From Deltaproteobacteria bacterium (GTDB taxonomy: Bacteria; Myxococcota; XYA12-FULL-58-9; JAFGEK01), in contig JAFGEK010000159.1 in assembly GCA_016931625.1 (NCBI GenBank), forward strand, positions 566 through 64,565: a DNA stretch of 64,000 nucleotides, given 5' to 3'. The number at the start of each line of letters is the position of its first letter. Positions within the stretch are counted from its first letter, which is position 1. The notes beneath the pieces are model-generated. The model had not been told where the DNA came from and made no database searches. It saw only the letters and a list, made by a program, of their open reading frames with translations. Below, one piece after another: positions 28,583-38,969 of the stretch. A program made the position numbers and the translations under genes.

Positions 28583-29827
28583 TTAAATTTTCTCAGGCTC
28601 ACAAATCACTAAATAAGTGCGTAGCAAAGGTAAATTCCAGGCCAAAAACACACTAATATGCACAAGTAGCCATGCAATTTTAAACGAAAACCCTGGGATT
28701 AATAAAAGTACTGCTACACCGCCAGCATTAAGCAAAGCTGTAGTAATGCTTACGAAAACATAACGACCGGTTTGAGGTTTAATAATAATTTTAACATTAG
28801 CCGACCAGATACGACTTAAAAAGAAATGAATAATGGTACCAGTGATTGTTGCGATAAATGTCGCAACTGATGGCATAAGTATCTCAGCATCAACTAATGA
28901 TACGGCTGCAAAAAAATCAACAATAGTAGCAGCTGCAGCTATTATTGCGCCACGTGCTAATACCCCACGACCAAGACGTAACCAACCTTTATGCCATTCG
29001 CTTTCATCTAAAGCACCAAGCAAATGGCTAAACCGCTGCAAGGCAGTAATTTGTGTTGAAACTGCAAGTAGCACTAAACCAGCAATCGCAATACGATGTA
29101 GCGGTCGAGGCTCACCAGGATCAATTATCGCTTCAAGAATAGGACTAATCGCAACGGCTACACCAAGATATAAAATACGTTCAGCACGTTGCATAAAACC
29201 AACTTCTTTAATGGAAACACCAATAGCTTCACCACGTGCGCGAATATAAGGAACAAGAGCTGAACCAACTAAAGCGATTTGAGTCGCTAAAAGAACCCAA
29301 CTATCTCGATAATACCAAGCGAGACCTACTAAGACTGCAGCGTCACAATAGCGATCGAGAATAGAATCAAGTGCTGCCCCTTTTTTAGTTACTTCATTGC
29401 GAGCACGAGCTAGGCGACCATCAAAAAAATCACACATACCAGCAAATAGATATAGCCATCCACCAAGTGCAAAACGGCCAATTGATAAAGACACACCAGA
29501 GGCGGTTGCTAATAATACCGATAAAGTGGTGATTGCATTTGCTGGTACACCCATACGTATAAGTACGCGCCAGATGGGTTGCATTATCCAAGTGAAATAA
29601 AGGCGAATGTACATAGAGGCAAGAAAAGACGAACCACGGGATTCCATCTCTGAATCACGATACTGCCCAACAAATAAAGTTCTAATACTATAAATAATTA
29701 AACCGCCAACAAAATATAAAGCAATTAAAATAGCCGGAGCCAAAGCAGACCAAATACGCCCTGCTGCGCTCATATGGCCATAAATCCAATTTGAAAGCAT
29801 ATCCATGGTAAGCCCCATACTTGGCAA
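28583..29827 (-). CDS. CDP-alcohol phosphatidyltransferase family membrane protein with extra C-terminal TM domain
   Basis: The motif DFFDGRLARARNEVTKKGAALDSILDRYCD matches D-G-x2-A-R-x8-G-x3-D-x3-D. The protein is polytopic. Confidence 0.6.
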   Translation of the reverse strand: MPSMGLTMDMLSNWIYGHMSAAGRIWSALAPAILIALYFVGGLIIYSIRTLFVGQYRDSEMESRGSSFLASMYIRLYFTWIMQPIWRVLIRMGVPANAITTLSVLLATASGVSLSIGRFALGGWLYLFAGMCDFFDGRLARARNEVTKKGAALDSILDRYCDAAVLVGLAWYYRDSWVLLATQIALVGSALVPYIRARGEAIGVSIKEVGFMQRAERILYLGVAVAISPILEAIIDPGEPRPLHRIAIAGLVLLAVSTQITALQRFSHLLGALDESEWHKGWLRLGRGVLARGAIIAAAATIVDFFAAVSLVDAEILMPSVATFIATITGTIIHFFLSRIWSANVKIIIKPQTGRYVFVSITTALLNAGGVAVLLLIPGFSFKIAWLLVHISVFLAWNLPLLRTYLVICEPEKI

Positions 29828-29891
29828 TTATTTTAAGTGCAGCTATCTCATGACTGCTGCTTTTTGCAAGATTAAAGCTAAAAGATTATGG

Positions 29892-30464
29892 TTATTGATC
29901 AATTGGCTGTTTTATACGTTTCATAACCTCACCAGATTGATTTAGATCTAATCCGCGTGCCTGCATTAGGTTAGTAACAGCTTGATCAAATATTTTACGA
30001 GAAATCTGCGTTTTTGCTCGTAAGGCTAATATATTTTCATCGCCACGTTGAATGCGTTGCCAAGCTCGCTGCATTGGCGAAAATTTAGCCGTAAAAATAT
30101 TGGTAGTTTCGCTTTGTAGGTTTGTTATTTTAGGTTTTGCAGTATCACTTTGCACATCAATTTCTAAACTGACAATTGAAACAGCTACAGCCTTGGCGAG
30201 TTCTGCACGAGTAACTGCATCAATCATGGCAAAGGCGGCCTGTAATCGTGAATTTCCTGGGACTTCGATAGCGCCAAAAACCGTAATATTGTTGTCATCG
30301 ATAATAATCGTCGCAAGATTATGGTTAAATAATGATTGATCACCACCGGTTGCAAGAATACTTGTAGATTCGTCATTACCACTATTAGTGCGTACCTGTG
30401 CAGAATTACTACAAGCCAAAATGGCTGCTGCAGTAATAAAAATATAAAATTTAGGATAAATCAT
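29892..30464 (-). CDS. Hypothetical periplasmic lipoprotein
   Basis: A signal peptide with lipobox (AAAILACSNS) is present. No domain was recognised. Confidence 0.35.
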   Translation of the reverse strand: MIYPKFYIFITAAAILACSNSAQVRTNSGNDESTSILATGGDQSLFNHNLATIIIDDNNITVFGAIEVPGNSRLQAAFAMIDAVTRAELAKAVAVSIVSLEIDVQSDTAKPKITNLQSETTNIFTAKFSPMQRAWQRIQRGDENILALRAKTQISRKIFDQAVTNLMQARGLDLNQSGEVMKRIKQPIDQ

Positions 30465-30637
30465 GAATGCACTGTATCACTTTTTATTGTGAAATCCAGC
30501 TCTCACAAAATAATTAACTGCAGTTTATCTATGCAACGATTGCATAAATCTCTTCGTTTGGCATTGTAACTAAGGCATTGTGACTAAACTAAATAAGAGG
30601 TAACTTTAGATTGCTGATTAAAGCCTAATCTGCAACT

Positions 30638-33600
30638 TTAATTATCAGGTTTACTTATTTGTGGATGGCATTGCTTGATAAAAAGACACATAAGTTGTTT
30701 GCATATGTTTAATGATTTACAAGGTAAATCATGCTGCATGGGTGTTTGTATAGCAAGTTCACCGATACAATTTTTGATTCTTTTGCGTAAGTTATCGCGC
30801 ATCTTTGCAGTAACTGCATGCTCTATAATTTCTTCGGTATGGAGAAAGACCAATTGCGTTCGTACTGTAGTAGAAATATCACACGCCATACTAACAGCTA
30901 AAGCATAGATTTCTAATTGCAAGTAATCCAGTTCGAGCTCAGCCGGTGACGGCTTGCTATGCTTGAAATCTAATATAATTATTGCATTATTTTCTTCATA
31001 AACGACATCAAACTGACCTCTTAAAGATAACTTATATGGCGATGCTGCTATATTGGCAATAAAAGGTAGTTCGTGGCGATGTTTATCTGTTGGTAACTTG
31101 ATTAGTTTTTTCCCTAATGGTGAGTTAAAAAATCGAACACAATCTTCAAACACTTCATGAATATTTGGATCATCAATATCATAGCCTATAGCGCTAATAC
31201 CTTCGTAAACCCATGCTTGTATATCTTTTGATGGCTTTGTTGCATCCAAACGCGCCATTACTGCATGAGCAATAGTCCCTTGAGTAATTGCTTTTGCTTG
31301 TTGTGAGTTTAATGTACTCTTCATCGAGTTATTTATTACAGTGTCTGATTCTTTTTGCTTAGACATCGCCATCATTACAGCTTCATTAAAACGTAGCTGT
31401 GTACGTAAAAAACCTCGACGTTGACACTGTAAAAATACTGCTAACTCAGTAACCGATAATGAAAATTCACTGCCTTCGGCGATGGCAATTGTCGATTGTA
31501 TTTGTGGTGATATGTTGTTTGTTTCTGATAGGGTAGAAATTAACGATTCATTAGATTCAATATTATTCACCTTTATTACCTGTAAAACACCAGCCGCAAC
31601 TGCCTCAATATGCCATGGTTGCAGACGCCGCAGTAGTCCCTTATTAGTTTTTAAGTTTTCACTTTCTGGGGCAAAAAATACTAGTTCACTTTTTGCACGC
31701 GTAACCGCAACATAAAGTAAACGATCTTGCTCAGCTTCTGCTGCACTTTTCGCATTAGCAACTGATGCGTGCCACTTATCACATTTCAGCAATTCACCAT
31801 TAATACGCGGACGCATAATTAAACCATGTTCACGTGAATAACGAAGTGAGTTAAAATCTCCGGGTTTGCCATGAGCTAAATCAACTAATAAAACCGCAGG
31901 GAACTCAAGCCCTTTAGCTTGATGAATAGTACCGATAACCACGGCATTATTAGAGTTATGAATACTAGTTAATGGTTCGCGCACCCCCCGTTCAATACGA
32001 ATACTTAGCTCGCGTGCAAACCGCCAAGTGTTGTAGGCATTATTTTGAGCATATTCTATCGCCAACGATTGCAGATGTTTGACATTCGCAACTTTTTGTT
32101 CACCACCAGGCAAAGTAGCTAAAATCGCTTCAATTTGTAGTAACTCATTACACCAATGTAAAAAAGCATCGGCGTTAAGCAATTTTGCACCTTGCCATAA
32201 ACGAGGCATAACAAAAGAAACTAATGTAATAGCAGCAATATCATTATCACTTAAACATGATGCTTTAGCCTGATTAACACTAAGTTTAACAAAATTATCT
32301 TCTGCCTGCGGCCCAAATAAATATAACAATCCATCATCAGATAAACCGAACAATGGTGAACGTAAGGCTATCGCTGCGGCAAGTCTATCATCAGGATCAC
32401 AGCACCAACGTAGCAATGCAGCAATATCAATTATTTCTCGCTCTGCATAAAGACCCCCACTGCCCATGGTTGCTGGAATACCACGTTTTAGTAGGGCATC
32501 ACAGTAATGCACCGCTTTAGTCATTGCTGCCATCAATATGGCAAAATCAGATGGTAAGCGCCCAGCTTGAAGACGTTTTGCTACATAATCGGCAACAGCT
32601 TCAGCTTCTAATAAAGTATTGGTGGTATTATTCTCTGCTGCCGGAGTTTCAATCCATAAAGCCGTTTGCTTGTTATCGTTTATAGTATCTGCAGCTTGTA
32701 TTGCTTCATATTCATGGCCGAACAGCTTTTGTCCTAAATGGTTTATCGAGGCGCATAATGCTGTAGTTGTACGATAACTTGTATGTAAAGTATTTTTGCT
32801 ACCACCAAGTTTTTCAATATCAGCAGTAAAACTATCGAAACTTTCAATATCAGCACCACGAAAAGTATAGATAGCTTGTTTTCGATCACCAACAACAAAC
32901 AACGTCGCCGGAGGTTGACTACCAGCAGCAGGTCCACTTAATCCCGCAAGGAGATGCACAAATCGACGCTGTAGACGGTTAGTATCTTGGGCTTCATCGA
33001 CCAAAACCGCACGAAAGCGTTGCAGTACACGTGCGTGAAGCGATGCATCATTCTCAAGCAAATGAACTGCACGTTCAATAATATCGGCAAAATCAAACAA
33101 TACATGTTCTTGTTTTAAACGCTGATAATTTTGCCATGCCGCATCGACTAATTTGGTGAAATTTGACGCTAAAGCTGCGCAAGCAAATTCTGCATTTATT
33201 AAATTGTTTGCTTGTTTACTTATAAAATCTTTTTCTTCGCTACTAATTAGTTGACCGAGTTTGCCACGACGGTCTAAATGTGTTGCCGCCTTTGTCCAAT
33301 TATCAATCCAACTAATAGTATCTACATTGTTTTCTGTAGGCACCAATTTTAAAAAATTTTCGACCTTCGCACTTACTGTATCTGATAATTCAGAACGTGC
33401 TAACAGCAAACGTGTGCGTATATTTGTTAATTGTTCGGTAATTCGTTGACTAATAATATCGGGGTCATATGACGTGACTAGTTTGCTACCTATTATTTCG
33501 CAACCATCCTCGCGTGCTTGTGATAAAGCAGACCATAAAGATACCGGAAATTCGCTATCAAGTTTAAAAGCGGCTGCAAGCTGCTTCACTGCATTAGCTA

Positions 33601-33979
33601 CGTTAGTATCATTTGCAAACCAAGCTTCTTCACAAGCTTGTTGAAATAATAGTCGGTCTTCTCCTTCTTGCCCGAGCACCAATAATCGCTTAAAAACACC
33701 AACATTTGCCCCTGAAAAAGACAATAACTGTAAAGCAAGTCCATGAAAATTATTTATCGGCGCGCGACTAATATCGCTAAGAAGATCGTTTGCTTCTAAA
33801 GATCGCAGACGTACACGGATGCGATTTAACAGCTCACGCGCAGCTTTACGCGTAAAGGTAATTGCCACAACCGAACTTGGCTTTAACTTATGCCTCAAAA
33901 GAATGCGAATATAACTTTCTACCAATGCATAGGTCTTACCGGTGCCAGCACTCGCACGTACAATTTCAGCGCTACTCAT
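30638..33979 (-). CDS. addA: ATP-dependent helicase/nuclease subunit A (UvrD-like helicase + C-terminal PD-(D/E)XK nuclease), AddA/RexA-like
   Basis: Has Walker A (ASAGTGKTYALVE) and UvrD-family helicase motifs. A C-terminal nuclease motif is present (ILDFKHSK). The gene is 1113 aa and overlaps the upstream addB-like gene by 4 nt. Confidence 0.7.
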   Translation of the reverse strand: MSSAEIVRASAGTGKTYALVESYIRILLRHKLKPSSVVAITFTRKAARELLNRIRVRLRSLEANDLLSDISRAPINNFHGLALQLLSFSGANVGVFKRLLVLGQEGEDRLLFQQACEEAWFANDTNVANAVKQLAAAFKLDSEFPVSLWSALSQAREDGCEIIGSKLVTSYDPDIISQRITEQLTNIRTRLLLARSELSDTVSAKVENFLKLVPTENNVDTISWIDNWTKAATHLDRRGKLGQLISSEEKDFISKQANNLINAEFACAALASNFTKLVDAAWQNYQRLKQEHVLFDFADIIERAVHLLENDASLHARVLQRFRAVLVDEAQDTNRLQRRFVHLLAGLSGPAAGSQPPATLFVVGDRKQAIYTFRGADIESFDSFTADIEKLGGSKNTLHTSYRTTTALCASINHLGQKLFGHEYEAIQAADTINDNKQTALWIETPAAENNTTNTLLEAEAVADYVAKRLQAGRLPSDFAILMAAMTKAVHYCDALLKRGIPATMGSGGLYAEREIIDIAALLRWCCDPDDRLAAAIALRSPLFGLSDDGLLYLFGPQAEDNFVKLSVNQAKASCLSDNDIAAITLVSFVMPRLWQGAKLLNADAFLHWCNELLQIEAILATLPGGEQKVANVKHLQSLAIEYAQNNAYNTWRFARELSIRIERGVREPLTSIHNSNNAVVIGTIHQAKGLEFPAVLLVDLAHGKPGDFNSLRYSREHGLIMRPRINGELLKCDKWHASVANAKSAAEAEQDRLLYVAVTRAKSELVFFAPESENLKTNKGLLRRLQPWHIEAVAAGVLQVIKVNNIESNESLISTLSETNNISPQIQSTIAIAEGSEFSLSVTELAVFLQCQRRGFLRTQLRFNEAVMMAMSKQKESDTVINNSMKSTLNSQQAKAITQGTIAHAVMARLDATKPSKDIQAWVYEGISAIGYDIDDPNIHEVFEDCVRFFNSPLGKKLIKLPTDKHRHELPFIANIAASPYKLSLRGQFDVVYEENNAIIILDFKHSKPSPAELELDYLQLEIYALAVSMACDISTTVRTQLVFLHTEEIIEHAVTAKMRDNLRKRIKNCIGELAIQTPMQHDLPCKSLNICKQLMCLFIKQCHPQISKPDN

Positions 33980-36900
33980 AATATTTCACTTTCATCATTA
34001 GACACGACACTAAAACGACATAGTGCACGGTAATCACATCTTTCACATAGAGTAGCTGGTTTGGGATCAGGTGAGATATCACCACCAAGTACCCTTTCAA
34101 GCCTAGCAAAAAAACTCATACGCAAATTTTGTAAAAAAAGTTGTGGAGTGCTTGCTTCTACAGCGATATGTCGCTTGCGATCTCGCAAAACTATCCAATG
34201 CGCAGCAAGCTTTTGTGCATTATCACTAAAATCTCGCCATGCGACTGCTAAATACAAAGGCAATTGAAAATGACGACCATCGGTACGCTTGGCAAATGAA
34301 CGTTTATAATCAATAGCTTCTATTGTATTGTCGACATGATCTATACGATCTATACTTCCACGAATTTTTACTTCATAGGAACCATCTTCGCTATTAAGTA
34401 CTAATGGTGGGGCTGCTTTTTCTAATGATACTCTCTCATTATTTCGCTTTATAAAAGAGCGATCGTCAAAACGATATTCAAGCTTTAAAGGTTCACGGTC
34501 ATCATTACCATTAAGATCATCGGCCAATATCCGTAATGCTGTATTATTTGCATCTTGTAGCGCTGCTGGTGCTAATAGTGGATGGATAATCGTATCAATC
34601 AATATGCTTTCGGCTGCCGCTTCTAATAATTCTTTAGCTCTTGTTAGTGCTTTTTGTGGGTTATTACGCGCCTCTTTTAAACCACCTTGATTCACTATAT
34701 CACGATATACAATATCAAGAGCAGCATGCATGAGACTGCCCTGGTCACGTGCATCAGCACCAAGTGCCGGAACATCATCATGTGCTAAGTGTAAAACTGC
34801 ATTGGCAAAATAACGAAAAGCACACATACCCAAATAATCGAAATGCGACGCAGAATGAATATTGTCTTTAATATGAGAGGCAAGTCGCTTTTTTGAACCC
34901 TCTGATAAACTTCTTAAAACAAATGGACTATTTTCGATAATAGTTGCATAGTTAATACGCCGTTCGATATCTAATTGTTTGTTATATTTAGTAGCTCTAA
35001 TTTGCGTTTGCTTTGCAAAAAACTTTTGTGGATTATTTACACCTATGGCACGTAGTATTTCTTGAACAATTTCACTACGACCCGTAGCATCAGCTGATTC
35101 GGGGGCTTCTGGCTGCATGCAAGTAACTATAATTTCATTACTAGCGCTGGCGATTATTTCTAACCACAGCCAATAATCGCGAGCATGTGCTGGCAGGGCT
35201 TCTCGACCTGAAATTGAACCATACTGTAATAAGCGTAAACCGACATGCGCGTTAATTTCGCTACGTAATTCATCAGTAAGCACTGCATCAGCTAAAGTTG
35301 CCTTTGGAAAAACATCCGTATCAACACCAGCAAATATAACTCGCTTATAATTGGTAGCGACCAATTCACTTGGTGGAACAATGCTAATTGCTGTGGGGCC
35401 TGCCGGTGAAGGCATTCTTTGTTTGCGCAATTCTAATTCAAATATTTGCGTTATCTCACGTCGTGTAATCTTAGTTTGATCATTGAGCTGTCTTACAGCT
35501 TGGGCGATAGTATCAATAAGAGAAATAATTTGCTGTACTGCTTCTTGTTCATTGGCAAACGCTGCAAGCAAAGACAGCTCTAAAAGCAGCTCATTGTTTT
35601 GACATTCGATTGTTTGTCTTTTTGCAAATAAAAAATCTGCGATTTTTACAATCGCTTTAATTTGTGTTTGTAAATTATCTTCATCTGCTATCTGTGATAC
35701 ATTAGCAATTAAATCTTCTATAGATTCTACTAATGCAACTGTTAATTCATGGTCATGTTCTTCTGATTGAGACGGTGATATTTTACCAATTAAAGAATTT
35801 CGATAACCACCAATACGATTAGAGCGAACACCACTGCGACGCAATTTGCGCACAACTTGTGTCGTTGACCAACTAGCTTTATTAGTTTTAACCCATCGTT
35901 CTAAATAAAACCATAGATCTATTAGAGATTCTCTTTGGACTTCTTGCTCTGCTAATTTTAACGCCGTTAGTATTGCTTCACCTGCACGCGTTGAAATTAA
36001 TGCAATACCTTGTGGCAATTTTGTAGCAATATCGAAAGAAGCAAGTTCACGCATAATAGCAGTTGCATGCGTTTCATAATCTGCAACAACTATCACAATA
36101 CTATTTGGTGTTACTCCTGCTTCTAGCCACTTTTTAACTATCTCTGCAGTTGCACGTGCATGTTCACTAACATCATTAACTTCAATTAGTTGAACAGGAG
36201 CTTTTGGCGCCATCTTTTTAGTAAACTGCACTTGACGAAAGTGAGCTAGTGGCCCGCTACCTATAAGATTGTCGTATTTTATTTCTATTTTGCTTGCGTT
36301 GCTGGCCTCAATGCGATGCAAACTAGCTTCAGGCCAAGCAAAACTAGTTCGTCGTTCATTATCGTACGGCAGCTGCACGTCAACCACTAAACCCCTTTTT
36401 GAAAAAGCAGCAAGCAAATCAAGTCGCGAACCAAATAATTCTGTACCGTTAGCAACATGTACTGACTTTAAATTTGTAATATATGGATGCCCGCGAAGTA
36501 CTGCTAGTATAGCTTCACGTTCTTTATCGGCATCATCAAACCAATTATACTCATCAAATGCTTGTTCATATTTAGTTAAAACTGCAATTATTGCTGCAAG
36601 CTCTGGCGATATCTTTTTTTGGTTATAGTTAGCAAAATGGCCAGTAGTAATACCGGCGGCTCGTATTTCATTAAGCGCATGTGAAAAAGCATCTATGGCA
36701 TATGGGTCATTAGCTCTACCTTGCCATGGGCCATCAGATTCTAAGAAAAGCCGTCTTAAAAGCAATGAGCATACTATTGGTGCTGCATAACGACGCCCAA
36801 TTACTGTACCAAGCCGTGCAAATAAGTCAGCAAATACTACTACAGAATCACTTGTAATAACTGCATTATCCTTTGCAAGCTCTGCAATCTTTTGCGCCTG

Positions 36901-37011
36901 CGCTAATCTTGAAGGCATAATAAATAATTGGCGCGGGCGTTGAAGTAGCAGCAACATATTAAATAAAGCTATAGCATTTTTTTTCCCCCCATCTAAAGTG
37001 TCAAACACCAA
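33976..37011 (-). CDS. addB: Helicase/nuclease subunit B (AddB-type, inactive helicase + PD-(D/E)XK nuclease with Fe-S Cys cluster)
   Basis: 1011 aa. The C-terminal nuclease motif (IEAIDYKRS) and a Cys cluster (CERCDYRALC) are present. It is paired with addA. Confidence 0.65.
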   Translation of the reverse strand: MVFDTLDGGKKNAIALFNMLLLLQRPRQLFIMPSRLAQAQKIAELAKDNAVITSDSVVVFADLFARLGTVIGRRYAAPIVCSLLLRRLFLESDGPWQGRANDPYAIDAFSHALNEIRAAGITTGHFANYNQKKISPELAAIIAVLTKYEQAFDEYNWFDDADKEREAILAVLRGHPYITNLKSVHVANGTELFGSRLDLLAAFSKRGLVVDVQLPYDNERRTSFAWPEASLHRIEASNASKIEIKYDNLIGSGPLAHFRQVQFTKKMAPKAPVQLIEVNDVSEHARATAEIVKKWLEAGVTPNSIVIVVADYETHATAIMRELASFDIATKLPQGIALISTRAGEAILTALKLAEQEVQRESLIDLWFYLERWVKTNKASWSTTQVVRKLRRSGVRSNRIGGYRNSLIGKISPSQSEEHDHELTVALVESIEDLIANVSQIADEDNLQTQIKAIVKIADFLFAKRQTIECQNNELLLELSLLAAFANEQEAVQQIISLIDTIAQAVRQLNDQTKITRREITQIFELELRKQRMPSPAGPTAISIVPPSELVATNYKRVIFAGVDTDVFPKATLADAVLTDELRSEINAHVGLRLLQYGSISGREALPAHARDYWLWLEIIASASNEIIVTCMQPEAPESADATGRSEIVQEILRAIGVNNPQKFFAKQTQIRATKYNKQLDIERRINYATIIENSPFVLRSLSEGSKKRLASHIKDNIHSASHFDYLGMCAFRYFANAVLHLAHDDVPALGADARDQGSLMHAALDIVYRDIVNQGGLKEARNNPQKALTRAKELLEAAAESILIDTIIHPLLAPAALQDANNTALRILADDLNGNDDREPLKLEYRFDDRSFIKRNNERVSLEKAAPPLVLNSEDGSYEVKIRGSIDRIDHVDNTIEAIDYKRSFAKRTDGRHFQLPLYLAVAWRDFSDNAQKLAAHWIVLRDRKRHIAVEASTPQLFLQNLRMSFFARLERVLGGDISPDPKPATLCERCDYRALCRFSVVSNDESEIL

Positions 37012-37221
37012 AAAAATGGCTTTATAGATATGTGCGACCGTTAGCCGTTAAACCGTTAACCAAGCTATTCCTTATTCCCTGTTCTTTAAATACTTAAGTT
37101 TAAACTCACCTTACTTAAAGATATAAGTCGGTCAGTACATAAAAATGTAGATTTAAATAACTTAAGAACTGGAAATTGGAATTTTAGGTGAGCTTATTCG
37201 AAAAGAGTGTCTAATTTTAAA

Positions 37222-38772
37222 CTAGCGCTTGCCCTTCATTGTTGCATCTATCTTTTTACCGACGCTACCAGCAAGCTTTTTGGCTAATTCACGTACTACG
37301 CGACGTTCAGCTTCCATAGCACTACGATGGCCTTCTTTGCGATATTCCTTAAAGCTGCCGATGCTTTTACCACTCTTTACATTTTTCACAGTAAGCATTA
37401 CCACCCCACGAACAAAATGAAGTTTTGCAGCACTACCTGTGCCTTTGCCACCGTCTTCCATTCTTATGTTGGCTGAGATTAATACATTTGCGTCAGCACC
37501 ATCACCATCAGTAATTTGGTAGCCTTGCGAAGTTAATGAATCAACCAAAGCATTGCGGAAATCCTCGGCATTTGGGCCATCAGCGACAACACTTATTAAT
37601 AGCTGTTCTTGCGTTTGCTCTAAAGCTGCGGCGACATCGTATGGCGCATATTGGCTTGAAATACCAACGCCGTCATAGTCTATCAAACGTAATTCGTTAT
37701 TTAACGCCTCGCGTTGACGCAGGGCATCTAAAGCACGAGATAAATGTTTAAGGCGAGCTTGAGCATCAGCATCACTAGCACGACTAATTGAACGTTCGAC
37801 GGTTCCGTCTAAATCACCAATTTGTTTTTTAAGAATACTCGCACTCTTGGCACGTTCGAGACACGAAAGAGCAAAAATTGTACTTTGTGGATCTTGCCAA
37901 ACTTCGGGGATCCGCACACCTGAGAATAACTTTTCAGTAGAAACCTTAGTCAAAGTTGCACTTGCTTGCACTTCGAGTGAAGGCGCGCCAGTGCGTGAAT
38001 AGGCGCCCATAAAATCAGAACTAGCAGACTCAACATGTGCAACAAAAACTTTTGCTAAAGCAGCATAAGCAGCATTTTCTGCAGCACCTCGTTTTGAGGC
38101 ATAGCCAACGGCGCAAAGAAACTCGCGGTATGGAAAACGAGAATCTTCACCATCAATCCAATCCGGTTTACCACCTTTTTTCTGTTGGGTACTTGAAGTA
38201 GCATTGCTGGGTGCTTTACTGGCGCTACCATCACCACCACTTTTTGCAATCGGTTTTTGTGGCTCTGCCTTTTTACTGTGACGATCAAAAATATCATCAA
38301 GGGTGACCGGCTTAACGTGACTCTTAACGATTCCCTGAGCCTTAGCCTTTTTTACTGCGGCAGCTACTTGATCAATATCAAGCACTGCTAAAGAATACAT
38401 CGTTCCGTCACTATCGATATAACGATCCCGAACCTCGACACCTTCAAGCGACATTGCCGAAAATGTTTTCACCGCTTGCTCAACATTCTGCGCACCGTCA
38501 GAATTCATGTAGTCTTTCATTAGCGAAGCAGAAAAAGTTTCAAAAACTTTAGCAACTTCAGATCTGGCACGATTATCGGCAGTCGATCGTAGAAGGGCTG
38601 GGTTTTTTATACCACTAGCAGAGCCCACTCCATAAAAGGCGCGACTACCGCTATTATTAAAAGCACTACTGCCACGGTTTACCCATTTAGGCAGATCGCT
38701 GGCAAAAACCGTACTGCTAGTTGCAATAATTGCTAAAACTGTAAAAAACGTGCTTTTTAACACGATGCGCAT
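37222..38772 (-). CDS. LPP20-like domain lipoprotein (N-terminal LPP20 domain, long C-terminal extension)
   Basis: A signal peptide is present. LPP20-like signatures are present (RAFYGVGSASGIKNPALLRSTADNRARSEVAKV). Confidence 0.45.
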   Translation of the reverse strand: MRIVLKSTFFTVLAIIATSSTVFASDLPKWVNRGSSAFNNSGSRAFYGVGSASGIKNPALLRSTADNRARSEVAKVFETFSASLMKDYMNSDGAQNVEQAVKTFSAMSLEGVEVRDRYIDSDGTMYSLAVLDIDQVAAAVKKAKAQGIVKSHVKPVTLDDIFDRHSKKAEPQKPIAKSGGDGSASKAPSNATSSTQQKKGGKPDWIDGEDSRFPYREFLCAVGYASKRGAAENAAYAALAKVFVAHVESASSDFMGAYSRTGAPSLEVQASATLTKVSTEKLFSGVRIPEVWQDPQSTIFALSCLERAKSASILKKQIGDLDGTVERSISRASDADAQARLKHLSRALDALRQREALNNELRLIDYDGVGISSQYAPYDVAAALEQTQEQLLISVVADGPNAEDFRNALVDSLTSQGYQITDGDGADANVLISANIRMEDGGKGTGSAAKLHFVRGVVMLTVKNVKSGKSIGSFKEYRKEGHRSAMEAERRVVRELAKKLAGSVGKKIDATMKGKR

Positions 38773-38969
38773 GAAAGTCCTCCAATAGCGCTAAGGTGGC
38801 GATAATCGCCCCCCATATGCTTTGCTACAAAAAAAAAGTTAATTTTTTATAAGACGTCGCAACTCTTTGATGCATTCTGTATTTAACGAAAAATGTATTA
38901 TACGGCGTAATCGGGGGTCGCTGCCAGAATAAAAATGATTCCCGGTTCATAGCAGCTAGAAAGCTAAGC

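Noticed and set aside
38788-38810. Hairpin GGTGGCGATAATCGCC downstream of the beta-propeller gene
   Set aside because: The stem is short and no U-run follows on the transcribed strand. It is not convincing as an intrinsic terminator.
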